Shown piece after piece: positions 22,737-31,610 of a stretch of DNA of 64,000 nucleotides. The notes under the pieces are model-generated. The model did no database searches and had not been told where the DNA came from. It saw only the letters and a program-made list of their open reading frames with translations. Numbering within the stretch: the stretch's first letter is position 1; each line of letters begins with the position of its first letter. The DNA is from Candidatus Taenariivivens baikalensis (GTDB lineage Bacteria; Omnitrophota; Omnitrophia; Omnitrophales; Aquincolibacteriaceae), in NCBI GenBank assembly GCA_009691445.1, contig SICL01000003.1:25834-89833 (forward strand), read 5' to 3'. The position numbers were made by a program, and so were the translations under genes.

Positions 22737-23887
22737 AAATCAGCGATACTTTTGCTTCATTACTTGCCGGGCAAGATCTTTCCCTCAAAGTTTCCTGCTG
22801 GATTTTTCGGAATCTTTTTTTATCGTCATTGCGAGCAACGCAAAACAATCTGACTCAGAGTGTCATCCTGAGTGCAACGAAGGATCTCAATTCTGAGATT
22901 CTTCACTCCGTTCAGAATGACAAAAAACGTCAGATTGCCACGGCCGTCAAAAAAAATGACGAGCTTGCAATGACAAACGCTGAAGCCAAAAATCTACTGA
23001 TCCTTCTGGCACGCAAGGGCGAGGCACCGGATGAAATTGCAGGATGTCTTGCCGCCCTCAAATCTCTGGAGAATCCGCGAAAGACCGGGATCCTTCATCT
23101 GATGGACACCTGCGGCACCGGGGGAGATGGCAGCCACTCGGCTAATATCTCCACACTCGCGGCATTGGTCATTGCCGGAGCCGGAGGAAAAATTGCCAAA
23201 CACGGAAACCGGAGCCTTTCCTCAAAGTGCGGAAGCTCGGATCTCCTTGAAGCTCTTGGGGTCAATCTGAATGCTGGAGAAAATAAAATGGTTCAGTCCA
23301 TCCGCGAATCCGGGATCGGCTATTTTCATGCGCCCTTTTTTCATCCCGTTTTTTCCAGAATGCAGCCGCTGAGAAAATCCCTGGGCATCCGAACGATATT
23401 TAACTTTCTAGGCCCCCTGGCTAATCCGCTTGAACTTTCGTATCAGCTGATTGGGGTTTCAAAAAAAGAAATGGTAAAAACTTTTGCGGAAGTGCTTCGA
23501 CAAAAAAAAATCCACCACGCTCTAGTCTGTCACAGTGAGAATGGCCTCGATGAGCTGACCACCACTGCCGCTGCCTTTTGTGCTGAGGTGCAAAAGGGAA
23601 GGATTCAATATTTTACTCTCGAGCCAGGAAAGTTGGGATTCAAAAAGGCATCCGTATCCGATCTTCGAGGTGGAAATATTTCACGAAACAAACAACTGGC
23701 CCTGAAACTTCTTTCCGGGAAAACCAAAGACGCTCTTCGTGATACCGTCATCCTCAACGCCGGCGCCGGTCTGTGGATCAGCGGAATTTCGAAAAATTTG
23801 AAAGACGGAATAACCTTGGCACGGAAATCACTGGATAATGGCAATGCGTATTCAGCGCTCCAAAACTTGGTAAAAATTAGTTGCTAA
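22733..23887 (+). CDS. trpD: anthranilate phosphoribosyltransferase TrpD (N-terminal helix region carries an in-frame repeat insert)
   Basis: LLAGQDLS...[20 protein letters not shown]...[17 protein letters not shown]...GNRS..S..GSSD signature; overlaps trpG stop by 4 nt. Confidence 0.85.
   Translation: MKISDTFASLLAGQDLSLKVSCWIFRNLFLSSLRATQNNLTQSVILSATKDLNSEILHSVQNDKKRQIATAVKKNDELAMTNAEAKNLLILLARKGEAPDEIAGCLAALKSLENPRKTGILHLMDTCGTGGDGSHSANISTLAALVIAGAGGKIAKHGNRSLSSKCGSSDLLEALGVNLNAGENKMVQSIRESGIGYFHAPFFHPVFSRMQPLRKSLGIRTIFNFLGPLANPLELSYQLIGVSKKEMVKTFAEVLRQKKIHHALVCHSENGLDELTTTAAAFCAEVQKGRIQYFTLEPGKLGFKKASVSDLRGGNISRNKQLALKLLSGKTKDALRDTVILNAGAGLWISGISKNLKDGITLARKSLDNGNAYSALQNLVKISC
22824..22910. 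repeat. Family-R palindromic repeat inserted in-frame in the trpD 5' region
   Basis: cgtcattgcgagcaacgcaaaacaatctgactcagagtgtcatcctgagtgcaacgaaggatctcaattctgagattcttcac; encodes [29 protein letters not shown] between the two conserved N-terminal helices. Confidence 0.75.
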
Positions 23888-24033
23888 TAACCAAGATACA
23901 AGGTACAAGAAACAAATAATTTCCAATTTTAAAAATAAAATTTCAAATGACCGTTTTTAAAATTAAAAATTGGAATTTTAATCATTTTTTGTATCTTGTT
24001 TCTTGTATCTTGAAATTTAAATAGGGCAATTTT

Positions 24034-24843
24034 ATGACTATTTTAGATGAAATTATTATTCGCCGAAAAAAGGACCTAGCGGAACTCAAGGAGAGATTTC
24101 CTTTAACGCGCCTCTCTCAGGCCGTAGAAAGTCAGAAGCGCTCCGAGCCCCGCTCCTTTCGCAAAGCCATTTCCAATCCCAAGCGGATTAATTTGATCTG
24201 CGAACTGAAGAAGGCTTCTCCGTCTGAAGGCTTGCTCCGTGAGGATTTCCAACCGCTTCGCATTGCCACTCATTTTGAATTTGCAGGCGCAGCCGCTATT
24301 TCCGTTTTAACCGAGCCGCATTACTTTAAAGGCCGGACCAGTTATTTGAAAACCGTTCGGCAGGTGACGAAGCTTCCGCTGCTGCGCAAAGACTTCATTT
24401 TTGAGACTTACCAGCTTTATGAAAGCCGGCTTTTGGAGGCCGACGCCTTTTTACTGATCGCCTCGATTCTGACTGAGAAAGAGATCAGGAACCTGATTGT
24501 GCTGGGACAAAAACTTGAGATGGATGCGCTCGTGGAAGTTCACAACGATGAAGACCTGCAGAAGGCACTTTCTGCCGGAGCCTTGATCATTGGTATCAAT
24601 AACCGGGATCTACGCACGTTTGCGACCGATCCTTACCGCGCCCAAAATCTTCTCCCGCATATTCCCAAGAATATTTCCGTGGTGATTGAAAGCGGAATCA
24701 AAACACATGAAGAAATTATGAGTTACAAAAGCCTAGGCGTTCATTCTTTTTTAATCGGAACCGCGCTCATGCGCGCCGACAACATCATCGACGCAATTGA
24801 GAATCTGCTGGGGCCTTCCTATAGAAAGGGACGGGTCTCATAG
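24034..24843 (+). CDS. trpC: indole-3-glycerol phosphate synthase TrpC
   Basis: ICELKKASPSEG, LRKDFI, INNRDL, TALMRA motifs. Confidence 0.85.
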   Translation: MTILDEIIIRRKKDLAELKERFPLTRLSQAVESQKRSEPRSFRKAISNPKRINLICELKKASPSEGLLREDFQPLRIATHFEFAGAAAISVLTEPHYFKGRTSYLKTVRQVTKLPLLRKDFIFETYQLYESRLLEADAFLLIASILTEKEIRNLIVLGQKLEMDALVEVHNDEDLQKALSAGALIIGINNRDLRTFATDPYRAQNLLPHIPKNISVVIESGIKTHEEIMSYKSLGVHSFLIGTALMRADNIIDAIENLLGPSYRKGRVS

Positions 24844-24936
24844 ACGATCTCATCATCGCCAAGTTGTGTTGAATATTTTCAATCAATATTTGACAGAACA
24901 GCGAAAGTGTCTGAGAACCGTCCCTGAGGGGAACAC

Positions 24937-25593
24937 ATGACCAAAGTAAAAGTTTGCGGAAACACTAACGCCGAGGATGTGACGCTCGCAATTTCACTCG
25001 GCGTGGATTATTTGGGATTCATCTTCGCGGAAAGCAAACGCCGCATTGAACCCACGATGGCGGCCAGAATCATCACGGCTGTTCCTGATTTCAAAAATTT
25101 CGTCGGAGTATTTGTGAATCATCCCAAAAAAGACGTGGAGCAAATCTCCCAAGATCTTGGGATAAAAATTCTCCAGTTTCACGGCGATGAGACGGCGCTC
25201 TATTGCCAATATTTTATGGACCATGGATTTCAGGTCATCAAAACCTTCCGCATCAAAGATGCGATGAGTCTCAAGCGGATGGATGAATACAATGTCGCGG
25301 CCTTTCTTTTTGATGCTTTTCAAAAAGATTCGTCAGGGGGTACCGGAATTCCCTTCGACTGGAACCTCATTGAAAAAAATCCTTATGTTCAGGAAAAATT
25401 ATTTCTTGCCGGCGGCCTGAATCCTGACAACCTGGAAGACGCGATCCAAAAAATCCATCCCTATGCCGTGGATGTGGCAAGCGGTGTGGAAAAATCTCCA
25501 GGCAAAAAAGATCCGGTGCTTCTTGAACGTTTTATTTCTATCGCGAAAAATTCTTTAGGATTGTCATCCGGGCCCCCGAGCCGGGATCCATGA
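24937..25593 (+). CDS. trpF: phosphoribosylanthranilate isomerase TrpF
   Basis: VKVCGNTNAEDV...GVDYLGFIF...LAGGLNPDN pattern. Confidence 0.85.
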   Translation: MTKVKVCGNTNAEDVTLAISLGVDYLGFIFAESKRRIEPTMAARIITAVPDFKNFVGVFVNHPKKDVEQISQDLGIKILQFHGDETALYCQYFMDHGFQVIKTFRIKDAMSLKRMDEYNVAAFLFDAFQKDSSGGTGIPFDWNLIEKNPYVQEKLFLAGGLNPDNLEDAIQKIHPYAVDVASGVEKSPGKKDPVLLERFISIAKNSLGLSSGPPSRDP

Positions 25594-25610
25594 CTTACGC
25601 GTCATTGCGA

Positions 25611-25675
25611 GCAAAGCGAAGCAATCTCAGGCTTTAGGATTGCCGCGTCGCCCTCAAGGGCGCATCGTCGTGACA
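25611..25675. repeat. Family-R palindromic repeat, intergenic (trpF to histidine kinase)
   Basis: gtcattgcgagcaaagcgaagcaatctcaggctttaggattgccgcgtcgccctcaagggcgcatcgtcgtgac. Confidence 0.8.
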
Positions 25676-25689
25676 TAATGGGAGAATGA

Positions 25690-26850
25690 ATGCTCCGAAA
25701 AGCCCCGTTCGTCCATAAACTGCTTGAGCGGCTTGACAAACTCAGCCCGCGCGAGATTCAAAAATATTTTGAAGAACTCGCCAGTGAGAATGCTGCTCTG
25801 GATCAAATCTTAGATCATCTGGAAGAAGGCGTCCTAATCCTGGATGAAAACGGAATGATTCAATATGCCAACCGCCAATCCTGCCGCTGGATTTTTCAGG
25901 ATGCCGAGTCCGGCAGAGAGCATCAAAAAATTTCGGAAATTATCAGTGACGCCCCTTTCAGCACTTGGGTTCTTGAAAATCTTGACGCCCTGAAAGACCC
26001 CGTCACGAAGGATTTTGATCTCATCGCTCCAAGAGAACTCAGAATCCGAGCTTCGCTTTTACCCCTCGTGGGGAAACGCGATAAGAAGATCCTTCTCCTT
26101 CTCTCACAACTTCAGGGCTCGGAGCCTTCGGACTCCGACAAACTTTATCACCTCACTTCGCTGCTGCGTCTCTCGGCCGGCATTGCCCATGAAATTGGGA
26201 ACCCCCTCAACTCGATCGGGATTCATTTGGAACTGCTTAAAAAACAAATCGAGGGAATTCCAGCGGATGCCAAAAGGAAAAATGTTGAAAAAAATCTGAA
26301 CGTCATCCGCGCTGAAACCCAGCGGCTTGATCACATTATCAAAAATTTCCTGAAGGCCACACGGAGGCCGCCGCTTCGTTTTAAAACCGAAAACCTCAAT
26401 CAGCTTCTTGAAGCCGCCATTTCTTTTATGGAGCCGGAACTCCGCCAAAACCGTGTGGCGCTTCAATTTCTCCGGGATCCCGCTCTCCCCGACTGCCTCG
26501 TGGACCGAGAAAGACTGCATCAGGTCTTCATCAACCTGATCAAAAATTCCATGGAAGCCATTGCTCCCAAGGACAAGGGGGGTAAATTGGACATTCGAAT
26601 CACGCATCGGGGCAAGGCCCTCTGGCTCCGGTTCAAGGATGACGGACTCGGCATTGAGGAAAAAGATTTACCGCATATTTTTGAGGCTTATTTCACGACC
26701 AAAAAAGAAGGCTCCGGCCTCGGGCTGATGACGGTTTATCAAATTGTCCGCGAGCACGGCGGAAGAATTGAAGTGGCGAGTCGACCAGGAAAGGGAAGCG
26801 AGTTTACAATTATTCTCCCTATCCGACAGCCGAAACTACAACTCACGTAA
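25690..26850 (+). CDS. sensor histidine kinase (NtrB-like; HisKA + HATPase_c)
   Basis: H-box SAGIAHEIGNPLNSI; G-boxes DDGLGI, GSGLGLMTVYQIVREHGGRIEV. Confidence 0.85.
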   Translation: MLRKAPFVHKLLERLDKLSPREIQKYFEELASENAALDQILDHLEEGVLILDENGMIQYANRQSCRWIFQDAESGREHQKISEIISDAPFSTWVLENLDALKDPVTKDFDLIAPRELRIRASLLPLVGKRDKKILLLLSQLQGSEPSDSDKLYHLTSLLRLSAGIAHEIGNPLNSIGIHLELLKKQIEGIPADAKRKNVEKNLNVIRAETQRLDHIIKNFLKATRRPPLRFKTENLNQLLEAAISFMEPELRQNRVALQFLRDPALPDCLVDRERLHQVFINLIKNSMEAIAPKDKGGKLDIRITHRGKALWLRFKDDGLGIEEKDLPHIFEAYFTTKKEGSGLGLMTVYQIVREHGGRIEVASRPGKGSEFTIILPIRQPKLQLT

Positions 26851-26905
26851 GATCCAAGAAACAATGGATCTTGTTTCTTGTATCTTGGTTATTCATTTGA
26901 GGTAA

Positions 26906-28279
26906 TTGATGTCTGCTTTTTCAAAAATCCTAATTGTTGACGACGAAAAAAATACCTGCGAAGGCCTGGCTCAATTTCTGGAAGCCCTCGATTATGATGT
27001 CCTCACGGCTTCAAGCGGAGAGGACGGCTGGAAAATTTATCAGCAGGAAAAACCCGATTTGATTTTGAGCGATATTAAAATGCCGGGAATGGGCGGCATT
27101 GAGCTGCTTGAAAAAATCAAACGCGCGAATCCTCGGGAACTCGTCATCTTGCTGACCGCTTACGGCTCCGTGGAAGACGCGGTTCAGTCCATGAAAAAGG
27201 GCGCCTATTACTATCTCACCAAGCCGGTGAATCTCGAGGAGCTGGAACTGCTCGTCAAAAAAGCCCTCAAAAGCCGCGAACTCGAAGAAGAAAATCAGGA
27301 ACTGAAGACCGCGCTTTTTTCCGAGCGGTTTGAAGAAGGTGAAATTCAGGGGAATTCATCGGTCATCAAAAATCTCCTGAACAAAGTCGATCAGGTAGCC
27401 AAATCAAATGCGACAGTCCTCATTGAAGGAGAAAGCGGTACGGGCAAAGAGCTGATTGCTCACAGGATTCATGAAAAGAGTGGGCGCGCTCATCATTCTT
27501 TTGTCGCCGTTCACTGCGCGGCCTTGACCGAGACACTTCTGGCGAGTGAGCTTTTTGGCCACGAGCGCGGAGCCTTTACCGGTGCTTACGAACGAAAGAT
27601 CGGACGTTTTGAAAAAGCCCATCAAGGAACCCTGTTCCTGGATGAAATCGGAGAGATCTCTCCCGAAACTCAGGTGAAATTACTGCGCGTTCTTCAGGGC
27701 GGGGAATTTGAACGCGTAGGCGGAACCAAAACCATCAAAGTGAATGTTCGTCTGGTTTGTGCGACCAATAAAAATCTTACGGATGAAGTGGCCAAAGGAA
27801 AATTCCGTGAAGATCTCTATTACCGAATCAATGTGATTTATCTGAAAGTGCCGCCGCTCCGGGAGCGCAAGGAAGATATCCCGCTTCTCGCTCATTCCTT
27901 CCTCAAGCATTTTGCACGTCTCAATGTAAAAAAAATCACAACCTTGGATGCCGACGCCCTGGAAGTCCTCAAAAAATATCCCTGGCCCGGAAATATCCGC
28001 GAGCTCAAAAATATCCTGGAGCGGATGGTCGTGCTCAGCACCAAAGATAAAATCACCCTGGATCTTGTCCCCGAGGATATTCGGCGTTCTTCAGTTTCCG
28101 GTTCTCCGGCCTTTGCTCCTGCTTCTGCTCCTGTTCCCGCTTCCATCCCCGAAATGGAAAAAGAACTGATCATCCGCACCCTCGCCGAAGTCAAAGGCAA
28201 CAAATCCATCGCCGCCAAGAAGCTCGGCATTTCGCGTCGGACTCTGTACCGGAAACTCGACGAATATAGGCTGGAGTAA
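26906..28279 (+). CDS. sigma-54-dependent response regulator (NtrC family: REC-AAA-Fis HTH)
   Basis: REC Asp (LILSDIKMPGMGG); GESGTGKE Walker A; GAFTGA sigma54 contact motif; C-terminal HTH ISRRTLYRKL. Confidence 0.9.
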   Translation: MMSAFSKILIVDDEKNTCEGLAQFLEALDYDVLTASSGEDGWKIYQQEKPDLILSDIKMPGMGGIELLEKIKRANPRELVILLTAYGSVEDAVQSMKKGAYYYLTKPVNLEELELLVKKALKSRELEEENQELKTALFSERFEEGEIQGNSSVIKNLLNKVDQVAKSNATVLIEGESGTGKELIAHRIHEKSGRAHHSFVAVHCAALTETLLASELFGHERGAFTGAYERKIGRFEKAHQGTLFLDEIGEISPETQVKLLRVLQGGEFERVGGTKTIKVNVRLVCATNKNLTDEVAKGKFREDLYYRINVIYLKVPPLRERKEDIPLLAHSFLKHFARLNVKKITTLDADALEVLKKYPWPGNIRELKNILERMVVLSTKDKITLDLVPEDIRRSSVSGSPAFAPASAPVPASIPEMEKELIIRTLAEVKGNKSIAAKKLGISRRTLYRKLDEYRLE

Positions 28280-28360
28280 GAGGTTACGTGTTATAATATC
28301 AGACAATATAACTAATAAACACAGCTTGAAATTATTAGTTTAATAGCATATAGTTATAGC

Positions 28361-28825
28361 ATGAAGAAACAAACCCTCGATTTTGAAATGAATGCCCAGT
28401 TCCGTCCCCAAGAGGAATTCCCCGCCTTTTTAAAAGACCGGCCTCCGCTTTCAGAGCAGATCAAGCAAATGCGTGAAGCGCTTGGGATGACTCAGTCTCA
28501 GCTTGCACAACGGGCTGGGATCAGTCAAAGCCGCTTGGCACAAATCGAGGGAAATCCGGACCAAGACCTGCAGGTCTCTACGCTCAAAAAATTGTCCGCC
28601 GCACTTGGATGTCATCTTCTGGAAGCACTTGTTCCCAATCAGGAAATTTCAAAAACGCTGGATGAGAAAGCAGGCCGGGTTGCCGCCAAGCTGATGAGAA
28701 TTTCTTCCGGCAATGCCGCACTTGAACTCCAGCTTCCGCAAAAAGCGTATCTGGATTTTCAATTCAAGCAAATGAAGGAAGAAATTCTTTCCAAATACCG
28801 CAAAGATTTATGGAAAGAACTCTAA
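28361..28825 (+). CDS. XRE-family HTH protein (mobile mystery protein A-like)
   Basis: MTQSQLAQRAGISQSRLAQIEG helix-turn-helix; overlaps and precedes a Fic-domain gene, the arrangement described for the mobile mystery protein A/B pairs. Confidence 0.7.
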   Translation: MKKQTLDFEMNAQFRPQEEFPAFLKDRPPLSEQIKQMREALGMTQSQLAQRAGISQSRLAQIEGNPDQDLQVSTLKKLSAALGCHLLEALVPNQEISKTLDEKAGRVAAKLMRISSGNAALELQLPQKAYLDFQFKQMKEEILSKYRKDLWKEL

Positions 28826-29421
28826 GCGGAACACCGGTTCCGGCCGAAACCCAGCTCAAAGATATTTCAGGCTTGATCCCAAAGCACGTGCGCACCAGGG
28901 AATCTCTGGATCGTGCCGAATTCGAAAATATCACCGCGATTTCGCGGAAATATTTTTTGAGCGTTCCCAGCCGTAAAAAAGCGCCGTTTACCTTCAAATG
29001 GTTCTCGGCACTTCACCGGGAAATGTTCGGAGAGGTTTGGGAGTGGGCCGGTCAGATCCGCACCACGGATGTCGGGATCGGATGCGCTCCGTCCAAAATC
29101 GGTGCTGAATTGCACAAACTGATTTACGATCTTGGTCTGTGGGAAAAAGAAAAGAAAGATGCTTTTGAAATCGCGGTCCGGCTGCATCATCGCCTGGTCT
29201 GGATCCATCCCTTTAACGGGGGCAATGGACGCTGGGCAAGAACCGCGGCCAATATTTATCTGGCGCAGTCCGGCCTTCTACTTTTTGAATGGCCGGAAGA
29301 CCGGATCAAAATTGAAGGTCGGATCCGAAAAGAATATGTCGAGGCTTTACGCAATGCCGACCACGGCGACATTCATCCTCTCCTTCGCTTTCACAAACGG
29401 TATTGGAAGGAGAAGAGGTGA
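28810..29421 (+). CDS. Fic/Doc family protein (mobile mystery protein B-like)
   Basis: Fic motif HPFNGGNGRWAR (HxFx[DE]GNGRxxR). Confidence 0.85.
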   Translation: MERTLSGTPVPAETQLKDISGLIPKHVRTRESLDRAEFENITAISRKYFLSVPSRKKAPFTFKWFSALHREMFGEVWEWAGQIRTTDVGIGCAPSKIGAELHKLIYDLGLWEKEKKDAFEIAVRLHHRLVWIHPFNGGNGRWARTAANIYLAQSGLLLFEWPEDRIKIEGRIRKEYVEALRNADHGDIHPLLRFHKRYWKEKR

Positions 29422-29518
29422 GTTGAATTCCCGGGACACTTAACTTAATTATTTTTTGGAATTCTGAATTTTGTGATGTGTCCTCAGAAAGAGAATTGGA
29501 ATAACCAGAGAGGGAGAA

Positions 29519-30736
29519 TTGCCTGTCATGGAATACGGCGTACTAAGTACTGTGGAAAATAAAAACGCCAGAACTCAACGTGGTACGCAGCGCGCAATAC
29601 TCAGTACTGGTTATAGTTCCTACGCCGAACTTCGTGACAAGGTTCGGAAAACCCTTCTCGAAGGCCAGCGTAAAATTGAACTCGCAAAGGTCCAGACTTA
29701 TTGGGATACCGGCAAACACATTAATGAGCACCTTCGGATTCATGAAGGGCGCACCGAGTACAAAAAGAAAACGCTGATCAGGCTGGGTAAAGATCTTGAT
29801 CTGGACGACAGTGTCCTTCGGCGGTGCGCAGAATTGAAGGAGGGATTCCCGGATTTACCAATTCGTGCCGGCTGGCACAAATCTGGTAATAATAGAATAA
29901 TCTCTATTAAAAAATATCCCTGGGCCTGCTTACACTGGAGTCATTTTCGGGCACTTCTTCCTCTTGAGGACCTGAAAACCCGCTACGAACTTGCCGATCA
30001 AGCCGCAGAAAAAGGCTGGATTGCCGAAGAGCTCGAAGCAAAGGTGAGGAAGATCAATGAAGATATCAGAGAAAAAAATGGCGGCGGGGGAAAACATCCC
30101 GTTCGTCCCTCGGAGCTGCTGACGCCCAAACTCGGTAAAACCGGCATTTATCAAATGATTCAGGACGGGGACTCGCTGACCGTGGATCTTGGGTTCACGT
30201 CTTACTGCAAACTTCCCAAGAATCAGGCAAGCAAATTCAAAGCCGGGGATTACTGCCTTTGGAAAGGCGACGCGCCGCCGAAAAAAATCCAGGGTGCGCC
30301 TTCCGATTTATTTACTTACGAAGCCGAAGTGCTGAAAGTCGTGGACGGGGATACGCTCTGGCTCAAGATCTGGCTCGCGGACGATCTGTGGCTGAAGGAA
30401 AAGGTACGGCTGCGCGGTATCAATTGTCCGGAGATGGATACGAGGGAAGGGAAGGATGCGAAAAAATTCGTGGAGTCCGTCATTGCGAGCAGTGCGAAGC
30501 AATCTCGCATCCTTATTGCTACGACGAAGCCCGACAAATACGATCGCTATCTAACGGATGTGTTTTTGCCAATCAGCATGGAGCAGAGAGCAAGGAGCAT
30601 AGAGAATAAATCTTTGAACTCCATGCCCTCTGCCCTAAGCTCTATGCTTTTTCTAAACAACGAACTCCTCAAGCACGGCTTGGCCGAGAAGAAAACCAAT
30701 TACTCGTTTAGCGATTGGGGAGATTTGGAACGCTGA
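29519..30736 (+). CDS. fusion protein: DUF1016 (YhcG-type) N-terminal domain + staphylococcal-nuclease-like (SNase/thermonuclease) C-terminal domain; carries two in-frame palindromic inserts
   Basis: N-term: LHWSHFRALLPLEDLKTRYELADQAAEKGWIAEELEAKV matches the DUF1016 N-domain consensus (LPWSHYR.LL...D...R.FY...A...GWS.R.LE.QI); C-term: VVDGDTLWL...VRLRGINCPE...GKDAKKFVE...YDRYLTDVF is the SNase fold pattern (GDT...RL.GIDaPE...G.eA......V......DrYGR.la.V). Confidence 0.7.
   Translation: MPVMEYGVLSTVENKNARTQRGTQRAILSTGYSSYAELRDKVRKTLLEGQRKIELAKVQTYWDTGKHINEHLRIHEGRTEYKKKTLIRLGKDLDLDDSVLRRCAELKEGFPDLPIRAGWHKSGNNRIISIKKYPWACLHWSHFRALLPLEDLKTRYELADQAAEKGWIAEELEAKVRKINEDIREKNGGGGKHPVRPSELLTPKLGKTGIYQMIQDGDSLTVDLGFTSYCKLPKNQASKFKAGDYCLWKGDAPPKKIQGAPSDLFTYEAEVLKVVDGDTLWLKIWLADDLWLKEKVRLRGINCPEMDTREGKDAKKFVESVIASSAKQSRILIATTKPDKYDRYLTDVFLPISMEQRARSIENKSLNSMPSALSSMLFLNNELLKHGLAEKKTNYSFSDWGDLER
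30479..30530. repeat. Family-R palindromic repeat in-frame inside the SNase domain
   Basis: gtcattgcgagcagtgcgaagcaatctcgcatccttattgctacgacgaag; encodes VIASSAKQSRILIATT. Confidence 0.75.
30586..30660. repeat. Family-B palindromic insert in-frame near the 3' end of the nuclease gene
   Basis: gagcagagagcaaggagcatagag ... ccatgccctctgccctaagctctatgc; same family as the three copies in the 4010-aa gene. Confidence 0.7.
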
Positions 30737-30737
30737 T

Positions 30738-31325
30738 TTATTCCAGATCCCGATGAAACCCGATTCGCCGTTTTGGTTTCTCCGGTTCCGGTGCCGGCTC
30801 AAGCAGCTGCTTCAAGGCATCAAAGACGACCTTAAACTGCAGGTCATACTTTTTCTCCATTGCCTCAATTTTCCGGCGCAGTTCTTTGTGCGCATCCAGC
30901 ATCTGTCTGATTTTCGTAAAGGTTCGCATGATTTGAATATTCACCTGAATCGCCCGTTTGCTTTTCAAAACACTTGAGAGCATGGAAACACCCTGTTCAG
31001 TAAAAGCGTAGGGAACTGCCCGTCTCAATCCTCCCCAACTTGAAGTCACAAATTGTGACTTCAAGTTGGTAAACTCTTCCGCGCTCAATTGAAACATGAA
31101 GTCCGAGGGAAACCTGTCCTGATTTCTTTTGACGGCTTGGATCAGTGCTTTTGGTTTCACCTGATAAAGATCAGCTAAATCGAGACTAAGCATGACCTTC
31201 TGATTCCGAAGAAAATAAATCTTTTGTCGAAGGGTTTCGTGGGAAATAGAAGCAGTATTTGAATCTCGAGTTTTCATTTTGGGCCTCCTGGAGTTGTTGG
31301 ATGTTTTACTTACTCCGAAAGCCAA
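30738..31325 (-). CDS. ORF6N-domain protein (KilA-N/antirepressor-like), copy 1
   Basis: KVMLSLDLADLYQV...QAVKRNQDRFPSDFMFQL...VTSSWGGLRRAVPYAFTEQGVSMLSSVLKSKRAIQVNIQIMR matches the ORF6N consensus. Confidence 0.8.
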   Translation of the reverse strand: MAFGVSKTSNNSRRPKMKTRDSNTASISHETLRQKIYFLRNQKVMLSLDLADLYQVKPKALIQAVKRNQDRFPSDFMFQLSAEEFTNLKSQFVTSSWGGLRRAVPYAFTEQGVSMLSSVLKSKRAIQVNIQIMRTFTKIRQMLDAHKELRRKIEAMEKKYDLQFKVVFDALKQLLEPAPEPEKPKRRIGFHRDLE

Positions 31326-31454
31326 AAAAAAAGAAGAACCCGCGGAGGAGTTTCACTTTCCGCAAGTTCTTCGCCCGTTGAAATGATACCAAAAAAGAGG
31401 ACTGAATCAACCGTTTTGTTCATTTCCCGGTACATTTTTTTGACGCTAGCAAAT

Positions 31455-31610
31455 GCTAGAAAAAGATCGTTGATCAGAAAAAAGGGTGAGCGGGTGAATG
31501 AGTATGCGAGTGCGCGCGTTGAAATTAACCCGTTAACCCTTGCGCTTTTTCATTTAATTTCACCTTCGGCGGGTTTACTCTGTCCCTCGGGCGGGGACTG
31601 TCCCCTTGAA
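31455..31610. repeat. Family-H hairpin repeat, copy 1 (long form)
   Basis: ...gatcgttgatcag...gcgcgcgttgaaattaacccgttaacccttgcgctttttcatttaatttcaccttcggcgggtttactctgtccctcgggcggggactgtcccctt; about 90% identical to the copy at 32460-32600; the core hairpin ctgtccc-tcgggc-ggggacag recurs at 40520-40595. Confidence 0.8.

Noticed and set aside
31560-31610. Family-H hairpin as a rho-independent terminator
   Set aside because: No T-run follows the stem on either strand.
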